From: Thraustochytrium aureum
Lineage: Eukaryota
Assembly (NCBI GenBank): GCA_012862495.1
Contig: BLSG01000249.1
Span: 53,353 to 108,085, forward strand
Direction of reading: 5' to 3'
Length of the DNA: 54,733 nucleotides
Shown: piece after piece, positions 34,543 to 45,706 of the stretch
Numbering within the stretch: the stretch's first letter is position 1
Layout of the letters: each line of letters opens with the position of its first letter
Translations under genes and position numbers: made by a program
The notes under the pieces: model-generated
The model's input: only the letters and a program-made list of their open reading frames with translations
Databases searched by the model: none
Told to the model about the DNA's origin: nothing

Positions 34543-34767
34543 GACGCACGCGAGTCGCTCGTCGCAATAGGGTGTTGTGTGACGTGGGTACGCGGGGCGG
34601 AGAGACGCACGGGATGTCGCTCGTCGCAGTAGGGGGATGTGACGTGGCGCGCGGGGTAGAGAGACGCACGCGATGTCGCTCGTCGCAAAGGGGCAGGCGT
34701 GACGTGCATGCGCGCGGTGGACCGACGCACGCAATGTCGCTCGTCGCAAAGGGGACAGGTGTGACGA
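34543..34767 (+). repeat. About 60-bp tandem array, 4 copies
   Basis: Core GACGCACG(C/G)(G/A)ATGTCGCTCGTCGCA at 34543, 34604, 34663 and 34724 (periods 61, 59, 61; first copy has a small deletion). Each is followed by AGGG...GTGACG. Confidence 0.9.
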
Positions 34768-35181
34768 AGGACCCACGGAGAACAAATAACTTGGACACCT
34801 CGCGACGCGGCCGATGCAGCACGTTGTCACAGAGACGTACAAGTGACTTAAAAATCCATACATTGCGTTCCTTGTGACGCGGCTAAAGTCATTTATGTGT
34901 ATTTTCTCGTCGTATTGGGTCCTATGTGACTGAATCGAGCGGGAGCCTGGGACGAGCAGGGCAGGGCGGATTTGAAAAGCTCGTTGCAGGTCGGCAGAGC
35001 AGCAACGAACGGTGGATGCGGCTCGCCAGGGCAGCGGCAGAGCGCGCAGCGGTGGAGGACTCGCCGCTATCGTTGCTTGGCGCTCGCTGCGCGTGGCGGC
35101 CGCTTTGAGCGTTAGGTGGCCCAACGCGTACGAGCTGCCTGCCCCTCGAACAAACCGTGCCCTCGGCCTGTGGAGCTCTCA

Positions 35182-37480
35182 ATGGACGCTCTGCGGCGCA
35201 CAGACGAGCTGCTGTCGGTCGCGCTGGACAGGCTCGAAATTGGTGAGTTAACCCCTGGAGCGAAGGAACTTGCATTGGTCGGCGCACTGACACAGCACGG
35301 CAGCGCTGGACGCGGGTCCTGGCGGCGAAGACGGAAGGAACGCAGATCTCGCTGCTGCGAATGTCCAGGAGCTGGCAGGGACGTACGGGCTCAGCCCAGA
35401 GCTGCTTGAGCGCGTCGCGGCAGCGGCGGCACACGAAAATTGCCACAAAGGCACAGTTGCCGCCTTGCTAAAGTGCCTTGTGCCGCGGTCGACGGTGGGC
35501 CCCGAGGCTGTTGTGCAGCTCGTCGGGTGCCTCGGGCGCGCCAACTTGCGTGCCAAGTCGAGCATCCTCAAGTGGCTGGTGCTGGTGAACCGCAAGCTCT
35601 CGATGGAGGCCACGCAGTCCCTGCACGCCCTGTACGGGGTGCTGTTCCACTACATCGACTACGAGGCGACGCGGGCGCTGCTCTGTCGGCTGCTGTACAT
35701 GCTCACGCGCAAGCAGGACGTGACCACGTTTCGCGCCACCAAGCTGACAAACACCGTGCGAAACCTGATCGAGTCGGGCCAGGACGCCGGCCCGCTCTTG
35801 CTACTGTGCGACCTGTACGCCCAGTATGCGCCAGACGTCTTGTCCGTTCTCCCCACACGATTCGCGCGCCCCAAGAGCGGCTTCTTCCGAGCGCCCGACG
35901 AGGCCTGGCAGAAAGATATGGACCGCGCCCAGACCAACGCGGCCGCCGCCGCACACGGCGACCAAGACGAGGACGCACTTGCGGCCGGCCCTGGCGGGGT
36001 GGACCCCCTGGCGGCGACGCCTGTTGGCAGCAAGCGGNNNNNNNNNNNNNNNNNNNNNNNNNNNNNNNNNNNNNNNNNNNNNNNNNNNNNNNNNNNNNNN
36101 NNNNNNNNNNNNNNNNNNNNNNNNNNNNNNNNNNNNNNNNNNNNNNNNNNNNNNNNNNNNNNNNNNNNNNNNNNNNNNNNNNNNNNNNNNNNNNNNNNNN
36201 NNNNNNNNNNNNNNNNNNNNNNNNNNNNNNNNNNNNNNNNNNNNNNNNNNNNNNNNNNNNNNNNNNNNNNNNNNNNNNNNNNNNNNNNNNNNNNNNNNNN
36301 NNNNNNNNNNNNNNNNNCTCCCGCTTCGCCGGGAGCTCTGGTGCGGCGCCTGACTCGCGCCCGGCCGTGGCCAGGCTCGACCGCTTCGAGGCGCAGGCCA
36401 AGCTCGTCGAGGCAATGGCTGACTTTGCCGACCACGTGCAGCAGACGCTGCCCGAGCTCGAGCAGTTTGTCATTCGGTTCCTGGAGACGTGGAACGGAGT
36501 GCACCACACTGGCGCGGTCTGCGCCTCACGGCGAGGCTCCAGCCCCGGAGCTACCAAGACCTCTACCGCCAGGTTCTGCGCCCGCTGTACAGGGTTTTCC
36601 AGCTTGCGGATGCCACGCGCAAGGCGGAGATCGTGGACTGCCTCGCTGCGCTCTTGCGAAACTGGGCCGAGATCGACTGGGCAGAGCACGTCGCCGGCGC
36701 CGCGCCGTCCACGCCGCGGTTCTTTCCGCTGCTTGGCGGCGTCGACTTCTTCAAGGTCATGTTTGAGCTGTCGCCTTCGCCGACCGCCTCGTGCTGGCTG
36801 GACTGCTCGCCGAAAACGACCACGTTGCGCTGCAGATTGCGGGCGTAAACTTGCTCGGGACGGCGGCGGACCTCCACGAGCGGCACCGCGTCCCATTTCT
36901 CGTTCCGCCGTCTCCAGGCCTTGTCTTCCGTCTCTTGCTGGCGCCGACCGCGGTGGGACCTTCGATCGTCTGCGGGCTGCTCTGCAAGCTGCGCATCGCC
37001 TTTACGGCCCTCCGCGCCTTCGTGGACCAGCGCAAGCGACTCGTGGGCGACGCAGCGCTCGCCGCCGGGCTGCCAATACCAAACCAGACTGGCCTGGAGA
37101 AGATGGCCCTCTTCAACTCGTTCGTGTGGGACGCATGCCGAATCCTTTGGCTCGGCACGCCGCTGCCCCGCCCGCCTGCAGAGCGCAAGCCCGGGGAAAC
37201 CTCGTCGGTGCTCTTTCATCGCGCGGAAGGACTCGGAATCACGGAGGAGCTTGCCAGCGTTTCGCGCAGACGCGTCGAGAATGCCTTCAGCATCACCCAC
37301 GCTCCGGCGTTTGCGGGCTTTGCGCACAAGTTTGCTGAGTCGCGCGGTTTGCGGTTTGACGCGATTCCACCAGGTGATCGGCCGGCATTGCTGGAGCAGC
37401 TGGAGTCGGGTGGCTGCGACGGCCTCGGCCAGTTTCTTCGAACTTTTGTTTCCACCCTCGCCAAGGCACCGCTGCGCTGA
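35182..37480 (+). CDS. CENPI: Centromere protein I (CENP-I/Mis6/Ctf3); one probable 5' intron, a gap and frameshifts
   Basis: YGLSPELL..., LLKCLVPRSTV, ILKWLV, LHALYGVLFHYIDYEATRALLCRLLYMLTRKQDVTTFR, LYAQYAPD, FLETWNG, FNSFVWDACRILW and AFSITHAPAF match CENP-I/Mis6 conserved blocks in order. Confidence 0.88.
35243..35303 (+). other. Short spliceosomal intron in CENP-I
   Basis: Donor GTGAGT at 35243, branch-like CTGAC at 35287, and CAG acceptors ending at 35295 and 35303. The 35303 acceptor puts ATG 35182 in frame with the conserved CENP-I ORF. Confidence 0.65.
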
Positions 37481-37892
37481 GCTGGGCTTCGCGAACGCAA
37501 CGAAGACCAAATCCGCGACCAGGCACAGCGGCGTTTGGATGGGCCGGCCTCAGCAACGTGCCCTGGCGATGGGCTGGGTGTCGCGGGCGCAACTGCGAGC
37601 AAGAGCGTGCAAGCCCTTGGAGGGCGCGGGGAAAGCTTCTTAATGGTCAATCCACCCACACGCCTGCTAAAAGCGCGGCGACATGCGCCCACCCCCTTTC
37701 AGTCTGTGCTCAGCACGTAGCCCTGCGTGCGCCTTTTAAGCAGAGGGGTTCGAGGCGTGCTCCCGGGGCGAATCGTGGGTGGAACGCAGGGCGGGGAAAT
37801 GCGCGCCGAGTAGCCGGTCGACTTTCCCGTCGCCCGCTTCGCCCGCTGCGACAGGATGACCTCTCGAGCCAAATCCAGCTCCTCTTTGCCCA

Positions 37893-39151
37893 TCAGCCCG
37901 GCCCCTTGATCGTCGTGGCTCGGCGACTCGAGGTTGGGCGAGGGCTCAGGCGCGGCAGTTTTAGCCTGGTCGCCACTAGAAGGCCGACGCGTCGAGCCCC
38001 TCCCACTTGCGCGGGTTGTTGTAGACAGTTGCTCGTGGAGGTGGGGTGCTGCTTTGCGAGTTCCGCGAAGTGTATCTCCTCGAGGCGGTCCTTTCCCACG
38101 GATGTGACAATAATGATCTGCGACTCCAGGTTGGCTTTCTCTTCTGCAACTCGCGCCTCCTCGTCCGCAGTGGCGGCGCCGCTTCGCGCATTCGCGCCCC
38201 GTTTTGACTTGTTGCTCTCCACGCTGCGAAAATCAAAAACTTGGGAGCAGAACAGGCAGACCTTGAGCTCGTCGTAAAGGCGGAACGCGTACCGCTGCAT
38301 CGGAACCTCAACGCCCGCCGAGCCGAACCGCTCTGCCCACTCTTGCCTCTGCCGATACACGGCCTGCCGCGAGACGCTTGTTGTCAGTGAACTAACAGGG
38401 AACTGCATCTCGCAAAGCGCGCAAGGCCTCTTTCGCTCAGGCTCGCGCGGTTGGACTGAACGCCTCGAGCAACAAGACTCTGCCGCAGCCACGGTGTCCG
38501 CCTTCTCGTCGGCCTCTGCTGCCGCGGTCGACTCCTCGGCTGCTCGGATTGTAGCCCGCTTGCGTCGGGTGAGCAACTCGTCGCCGTCGTTGAGGGACTC
38601 TGCTATGTTTGCGATCGAGTTTCGCGACACCGGCCAGGCGCGCCTCGGATTGGCGCGTTCGGGTTGTATTCGCTACTTTGCCGGGTGCGGCGCGTGCCAG
38701 AGTCGATACTAGCCCGCCTCACTCGCCCCTCGCGCACGTTGGCAGCCTTTGTGGGGACGGTTGAGAGTTGCTCGTGCCGCACTGAGCTGGGAAGGAAAAA
38801 CTCCATATAACGCGCAGGCGTCTTGTGCGGCGCCTCGATGGGGATCCAGTTGCACTTGCCCTCCGCTTGGGTGAATAGCTCGACGAGGTTCTTCCCGCTC
38901 CCCGCACCGCCTCTTGCCGACTTTTCCGCAGCTAGGCTCCTTGTGCTCGCCTCTGTCCCAGGCCGGCCGTCCCTGCCGATGGGGCAAGCTGCCTCCGCGG
39001 CTTGGAGCGCCTCGAGTTCAGCTCTCTTGATCTTCGCGGAGCCCATCCTTGCATCATCTGCGATCATGCGCTCGCTTTCCTTGAGCGCCATGTTGAGCAC
39101 GTCGCTCCGCGAGCACCCAATGACATCCAACCTCACCGACGCCGAAGCCAT
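37893..39151 (-). CDS. Hypothetical protein with a split C4 zinc-binding motif; frameshift near 38640
   Basis: ORFs 38603..39151 and 37893..38630; CALCEMQF...AVYRQRQEW...LYDELKVCLFCSQVF. Confidence 0.6.
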
Positions 39152-39533
39152 GCTCGCCAGCCAGCCAGCACGAAGCCAGCCAGCGAGAAGCTACCCAAGC
39201 GCTTCGTCTCCGCGAGCAAAGTCGCGAGCGACCGCCTCCGCTCGCTCCTCCGCTGTACCGGTAGCTTGCCGCGCGCCCACTTCGCGCTCGTTGTTGTTGC
39301 CACAAGGCGCGGAGCGGAACTGCGGCGTGTCCGTCGCGTCGGCCTGGCTGGCCGTCCAAGTCTGCAGAGGCACGCCGCAGGCAGACGCGCAACAAAGCAA
39401 TCCAACGCGAGGACGCAAGTTGCTCGCGAGCGCCGTCACTCCGCGCGCGACAGCATTCGCTTCTGCCGCGCCCGTCAGCCTGCGACAAGAGAAGAAGGAA
39501 AAACTTCAAAATCGCTCTGCTCCGCGCCGGCAA

Positions 39534-39657
39534 CCCTAACCCGACCTAGTTCGCCGTAACCAAACCTAGTTCGCCCTAACCAAACCTAGTTCGCCCTAAC
39601 CCGACCTAGTTGACCTAGCTCGCCCTAACCAAACCCAGTTCGCCCTAACCCGACCTA
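39534..39657 (+). repeat. 20-bp tandem array containing the telomeric hexamer CCCTAA (about 6 copies)
   Basis: Unit CCCTAACC(CG/AA)ACCTAGTTCG repeated with minor variation. Confidence 0.9.
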
Positions 39658-40727
39658 CTAGAGATCGAAATGCATGCAAGCGAGCGGTGGAGCTCCTCAT
39701 CAGGCTCGAACGGGAGCGTCGGCGCGTCTGGTTTGCTCGCTTGAATTGTTCGAGCCGGGCCTACTTGTTTCTCGCTCTCTCTTTTGAGAGAATGAGAGAT
39801 CGCTTTGCAGTTTCGGTGTTGGTGCAGTTGGCGGCTCGCAATCCAGAATTCGAAGCTCATCAGGATGCCCTTGCTGTTGGAACTGCGTGGCACATGTGCA
39901 CCCCGAACGAATGACGCTTGCGCCGAGTCTTCGCAGGCCGCAGAATACTCGCTAAATCGAATTCTCTGCGCGTGAGGACACTTGCGTTCAGAGTCGCCAT
40001 TGGCACAAGGCGCCCTCGACGAAGGAACAAGCTCTGCCGAGGAGCACACAGTACCGAGCGCAGGCGGAATTGAGTACGGAGTGCCGTACACTTGAGCTGA
40101 GGCACATGTACTCGTTGCAATCCGTGGCCGTCCACGTTACTCCATCCGCTGATGATCGATGGCGACAACGAAGGGAGAGACCCGCCTGAAACGGTATGCC
40201 TCTGCGCGCGATGAAAGCTGCGTGGTGGGGTGCGCCCCAAACCAGTCAGTCCTGAAGGACCCGGACGCGCGGCCAAAAGGCCAGAAGATGGCGAAGCGCC
40301 CGACGAAGGAGTGCCTTCCAAAACTTGACGCGNNNNNNNNNNNNNNNNNNNNNNNNNNNNNNNNNNNNNNNNNNNNNNNNNNNNNNNNNNNNNNNNNNNN
40401 NNNNNNNNNNNNNNNNNNNNNNNNNNNNNNNNNNNNNNNNNNNNNNNNNNNNNNNNNNNNNNNNNNNNNNNNNNNNNNNNNNNNNNNNNNNNNNNNNNNN
40501 NNNNNNNNNNNNNNNNNNNNNNNNNNNNNNNNNNNNNNNNNNNNNNNNNNNNNNNNNNNNNNNGGCCCCAAGGCCCTTCCAGCCCACCCCTGGGCCGTCC
40601 GCCAATCAATCACCCAGCAGGACAAGGCAACACAAAAGCACATACGAACGAGCCAACCCTGCAGCTCCAACGGATACCTTACGGTGTTGTGCAAGTTTGT
40701 TCACGTGCGATGTCATCGCAGGACGGT

Positions 40728-40752
40728 CGATCGATCGATCGATCGATCGATC
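40728..40752. repeat. (GATC)n self-complementary microsatellite
   Basis: cgatcgatcgatcgatcgatcgatc. Confidence 0.85.
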
Positions 40753-40930
40753 GGTCTATCGGCGCGGCAGACGCTGGCCCGTCGGCAGCGCGCGCTGCGC
40801 AGAGGACGCTTCTAGCATTTTGAAGAGAAGATTGGGAGCTGTGCGTACAGATCGGGCCGCAAAGGCGCGAGGTGGGTCCAGGTTTTGGCGCCGACGACGC
40901 TTCGCGAGGGTGACGCCGTGCCACGGCGAG

Positions 40931-43078
40931 ATGGACGCGCGAAAAACGGAGCGCACAGAGGCTGGATGTCGGGTGGAGAATTCAGACGGTGGCTTGACTG
41001 GGAGCCTCGGCGGGGAATCCAAAAAGAGCTCGGAGGTGAAGGTCGAGCGGGAAGCGTTGGCAAAGCCGGACGTGCCGCCGCTACCGCCGCGAATGTACTT
41101 GGCAGAGCGGAAGATGCAAGACGGAAAAGTCGGGGCGCACACAGAAAACGGCATGGGCGGCTTTCGCGAGCCCGGGGGCTCGACGGAGCCGACGCTGGAA
41201 GAAGAATCAAAGTCAGAGGCGGAAGACTCGGACTATAGTACCAATGGCGAGCAGGAGCACGAGCTCAAGCAGGAAGCTGCCAAAGGCAGCGCCAAAGAGG
41301 CTGGCGCTGCTCCAAATGAGCGTCGTCGGCACTCGTGGGTGGGCAGCGAAGAGCGAGTTGCCGAAATCACCGTGCCCGGCAACACGGTTAGGGTGGACGT
41401 GATGGACAAAAACTCGAGGCTCTTGCGGTATATTTTGTCCAAGTCCGGTGCGCAGACGGGCTGGGCTGGACGCTTGAAAAGCGCTTCTCGGAGCTCTTCG
41501 CCTTCAGCAAGGGCATAACGTTTCGCGACTACAAGGGGAGCCTGCCCAAGCCGCGGTTCCCGAGCCGCTTCACCCGCAAGTCCACTTTGTCTGCTGCACT
41601 GCTCGAGTGCAGACGCCACGCGCTTGAGCAGTACCTGAGCAGACTGCTTGCAGTGTGCCTAGACATGGCCTCGTCTTCTTCCATGGACCGTGGCGCACTG
41701 GCCATCTACGGCGAGCTGGAACGTTTCCTGGAAGCTGGCGAGCGCCGCATGGCCTGGCGCGGGCGCGGACGGTCGCGGACCGGAAGCTTTCTTCGGCGCT
41801 TCCGTCAAAGCGACCTTGGGGAGCACGAGCGCGACCGGGTGCTCCTTCACGGCCGTGAGCTAATGAAGGAGATTTTGCACAACAACCCAGCCTTCGTCGA
41901 GCCCCGGGGCAGCGCCCGAGTTCCCGCCAAGGCGCTGTCCCTGATTGGTGGAGCGGATGACGTCGAGCGCGTCCTGCACGACTTGGGGCGGATGGCTGCG
42001 CTGCAGCAACCGCGGGTCGACTGGTTTGCCGTCAAGATGCTTAAAGAGTACGGCGGCTCTCTGGTCCCGAGAGGCGATGGCGTCTGGGACGACGGCGCGG
42101 GACCCGGCCAGGAGAGCCCTGACGGAGCCGAGGTTGGCGATCTGGAGGAGCACGACGAGCACGATATCCCGGTAACAATCTCCGAGACAGTCTCGAAGCC
42201 GGTCGGCGTCGCTGTGCCGACAAGCGATCTCAAAGACGTGCCTGTCCCGAAAGCCGCAACTAGTGGAGGCGCGAATCGGATCAAGATCCTCCTGCCAGGA
42301 TTGCGCAAAAGCACAAGCAGCGGCACGCGAGAGAGCGGGTGCGTCAACGGCAAGAATGCAACTGAAGCGGCGGCCACCGCAGAGCAGCTGCTGGCACGCG
42401 TGAACAGATACCTGACCCAAATCACAGGCAAGGTTCTGCAGGCGCACGCTGACAAGCTCGAGGCAAACTACCAGGTTGGCTACTCTGAGGAGCACCATTT
42501 TGACGTGCTGTATCGGCTGTTCGAAGTGTCGCTCCTCCGTCGACATCCTGCTCTGTTGCGCTTGTTGCTTGGCGCAGCGAGCGTTTGCGAGGGAGCGCAA
42601 GACCGCCTGATCCACGCCAAACTCGCGCGCCTGCAAGGTCACTTCGATGGCAGGGGCACCCCTCCGTCCCTCTTTGGGGCTTGCGTCCACCCGTCGTACT
42701 CTGTGGCTCCTGAGGACCCCAAGAGCGGAGGAGTGGGCAGGGACGCTGGGCTGACCAGCTTTGCGTGGGGCTGGGAGCGCGCCGTTGGGCTCTTGAACCG
42801 GCTCGAGAGTGACGACATGGCCGCAATGCCGAGCGCCAAGGTCGACCTGGTCCTTCGTTGTGTGGAGGAGATTCAGCGCGGCCTTGCGCCGCCTCCATGC
42901 CCCGCGGACGGCGCAAACTTGAAGGAGCCCAAGGCACTCGGGGCCGATGACTTTGTCCCTGTGCTCTTTTATACGATGGCCTGCAGCTCTCTCCGCTACC
43001 CTTGCGCTTCACATCGGCTGATGTCGAGTCTTGCTAGCCATGCTTTGTTGGACTCTGGTGCAAAGTACGTGGCTGACG
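40931..43078 (+). CDS. PX-domain plus VPS9-domain protein; frameshift near 41440-41470; 3' end in gap
   Basis: PX: LEKRFSELFAF...LPKPRFPSR...LLECRRHALEQYLSRLL...ELERFLE. VPS9: WERAVGLLNRL...PSAKVDLVLRCVEEI...LGADDFVPVLFYTM...GAKY. Confidence 0.82.
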
Positions 43079-43821
43079 NNNNNNNNNNNNNNNNNNNNNN
43101 NNNNNNNNNNNNNNNNNNNNNNNNNNNNNNNNNNNNNNNNNNNNNNNNNNNNNNNNNNNNNNNNNNNNNNNNNNNNNNNNNNNNNNNNNNNNNNNNNNNN
43201 NNNNNNNNNNNNNNNNNNNNNNNNNNNNNNNNNNNNNNNNNNNNNNNNNNNNNNNNNNNNNNNNNNNNNNNNNNNNNNNNNNNNNNNNNNNNNNNNNNNN
43301 NNNNNNNNNNNNNNNNNNNNNNNNNNNNNNNNNNNNNNNNNNNNNNNNNNNNNNNNNNNNNNNNNNNNNNNNNNNNNNNNNNNNNNNNNNNNNNNNNNNN
43401 NNNNNNNNNNNNNNNNNNNNNNNNNNNNNNNNNNNNNNNNNNNNNNNNNNNNNNNNNNNNNNNNNNNNNNNNNNNNNNNNNNNNNNNNNNNNNNNNNNNN
43501 NNNNNNNNNNNNNNNNNNNNNNNNNNNNNNNNNNNNNNNNNNNNNNNNNNNNNNNNNNNNNNNNNNNNNNNNNNNNNNNNNNNNNNNNNNNNNNNNNNNN
43601 NNNNNNNNNNNNNNNNNNNNNNNNNNNNNNNNNNNNNNNNNNNNNNNNNNNNNNNNNNNNNNNNNNNNNNNNNNNNNNNNNNNNNNNNNNNNNNNNNNNN
43701 NNNNNNNNNNNNNNNNNNNNNNNNNNNNNNNNNNNNNNNNNNNNNNNNNNNNNNNNNNNNNNNNNNNNNNNNNNNNNNNNNNNNNNNNNNNNNNNNNNNN
43801 NNNNNNNNNNNNNNNNNNNNN

Positions 43822-44922
43822 GCACCACTCGCCCTCGTCGTCGTCGAGAAACCCGTCAACGACGCAGTGTGCAACAGCGTCGTCCAAGAGCTGTTGCAAG
43901 GCGGCTGGTGGGAGCTGGTCAAAGTGCGCTTCATCAGCGTCTGGTGAGGCGGCAAGCTCGGCGGTCTGTGCCAGGATGGCGTTCTGCTTGCGGTTCACGT
44001 CGTGGATCATGTCGACAATCTGGTGTGCAAAGGCTTCGTTGAGTACCTGCGGGCGCAGCATTTGCTCTGTGGCGGGGTCCATGATTTGGCCCTCCTTGGC
44101 CGCTTTGGCCTTGACGTTGGCGAGGACCGAGTCCGCTTTTGCGCGAATTTTGGGGAAGAGCGCAACAAGTGCGTTCATATAGAGCTCGTTTGCCATGAGG
44201 GCTTGGAAGCTGGCGGGCATGCCGGGGTCTGACGGTGGCGCCCCCGATCTGTATACGATTCGGCGGAAGCGCTCCGGGTCGAGAAGCTTGCTGAAAAGGC
44301 CGTCAAGGAGCATGTCGTTGTCAAGGCCGCCGCCACCTCCTCCAGCCAGTTTGTCGCGCAGCCGCTTGAGGTTGCGCTTTGCGGCTGCGGCTTCGCGCTC
44401 TTCAGGGGTCTGTGCTGCGCCTGGCTCGTCCGGGTACAGGGAGGGCATCTTCTTGCTCTGTCTCTTCGCTGCTGGTGACGGCAACGGTTGGTTTCGCAGG
44501 GGCTTTGGCCGAAGCGCGCCAGCCTTGGCCTTGCGGAGGAGCGGCTCAAACACAGCCCGGTCAGCAGGACTGCACGATGCGATGGCGTCCTCGTATGCTT
44601 TTGCGGCCTCGTCGGCTCGGCCGAGCTGAACGAGCGCTGCGCCTTTCCGGAAGTGCGCTTTCGCCCAGCCCGGATTCCTCTCGAGCGCATCCTGTGCGTC
44701 CTCGAGCGACTCGGCGACTTTGCCGAGTCCAAACCGCGCGTTCGACCTATTCGTCAGCACCACGCAAGCCGCCTCGGCTTGTTGCGTCCCGGGCGGCGCG
44801 TCAGCGACAGCCACGAGGGCTTCGGAGTACCATTTTTCGGCCTCGTCGAGTCGGCCAAGCTTAAACGCATCATTCCCGCTCCGCTTCAGCGCTTCGCACG
44901 CGCCGAGCGCGGTGCCGTCCAT
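43822..44922 (-). CDS. TPR (STI1/HOP-type) repeat protein; continues into gap
   Basis: ALKRSGNDAFKLGRLDEAEKWYSEAL, VLTNRSNARFGLG...SLEDAQDAL..NPGWAKAHFRKGAALVQLGR.DEA..AYEDA. ATG at 44922. Confidence 0.85.
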
Positions 44923-45467
44923 GCTCGCGTCGCTCCCTGGTCGCTCCCTGGTCGCGCCAAGGGCCAAGCGAGCTCTGATGAGACTCTGCCCAGCTCGCCC
45001 TCGTGCGCCGATTCCATCGCTCCAACACCACGTCACACTAGCAGCCATCGTGACGCGAAGAAGGCCAGAGCTAACCGCCGAGGCGGCAAAGCCAGTGTTC
45101 CGTTATAAGAGGAAACAACCAACCAATCAGGAAACTTATTCCGAAGTTGAGAGATACAACCGTAGACAACGGAATATGTTGTTTCTTCCGATCTGCCGAA
45201 GATGAGAGAATACCTTTATAACGGAAACTATCGTGCTCAAAACAAGACAACGGAAACAACCATCAGCAACGGAAACAGACGATGTTCCGATATTCCGGCC
45301 AAGGACCCGTTTAAAACGGTAATGTCCGTTGTACAAATTTGTGCAACTGTTCTGTTCTGATCTTGCGCTTTGACGGCTGGGCAGACCCAGGACGCCCCGC
45401 CCGCCGTGTCGCGCTCGGGCAGGCTTGGCAGAGCGTACCGTGCGGCGTTCTTGACGAGGAGGCTTTG

Positions 45468-45555
45468 TTCGCGCTTCGGTCGCGCTTCGGTCGCGTTGCG
45501 GTCCTGTTTCGGTCGCGTTTCGGCCGCGTTTTGGCCGCGCTTTCGGCCGCGCTTT
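45468..45555 (+). repeat. Degenerate ~11-bp tandem repeat (TTCGGTCGCGY), about 8 copies
   Basis: cttcggtcgcg cttcggtcgcg ttgcggtcctg tttcggtcgcg tttcggccgcg ttttggccgcg ctttcggccgcg. Confidence 0.8.
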
Positions 45556-45706
45556 GACGCACAACGCCTTGGTTTTGCGCGCCTCCTGCTGACGCTGCTC
45601 TCGTGTTGACGAGACGAGCCCGGGAGCTGGCCTGCACGGCACGCGCGCATCGTGGCTGACTCGCGGCATCGTCGGGGCGTGGCGTGGGTCGTTGCGGGCG
45701 CGAGGA

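Noticed and set aside
34543..34767. CRISPR array
   Set aside because: The putative spacers are homologous to each other, the repeats are degenerate, there are no cas genes, and the context is eukaryotic.
13370..37480. Functional cell-cycle gene cluster (SCLT1-like, TLK, CK2 beta, UBZ protein, CENP-I)
   Set aside because: The genes are interspersed with unrelated ones, and such categories are common enough to co-occur by chance without synteny evidence.
39660..40332. Transposase, TnpB/Fanzor or viral remnant
   Set aside because: No DDE, RuvC, reverse transcriptase, HUH or capsid motif recognisable in any frame.
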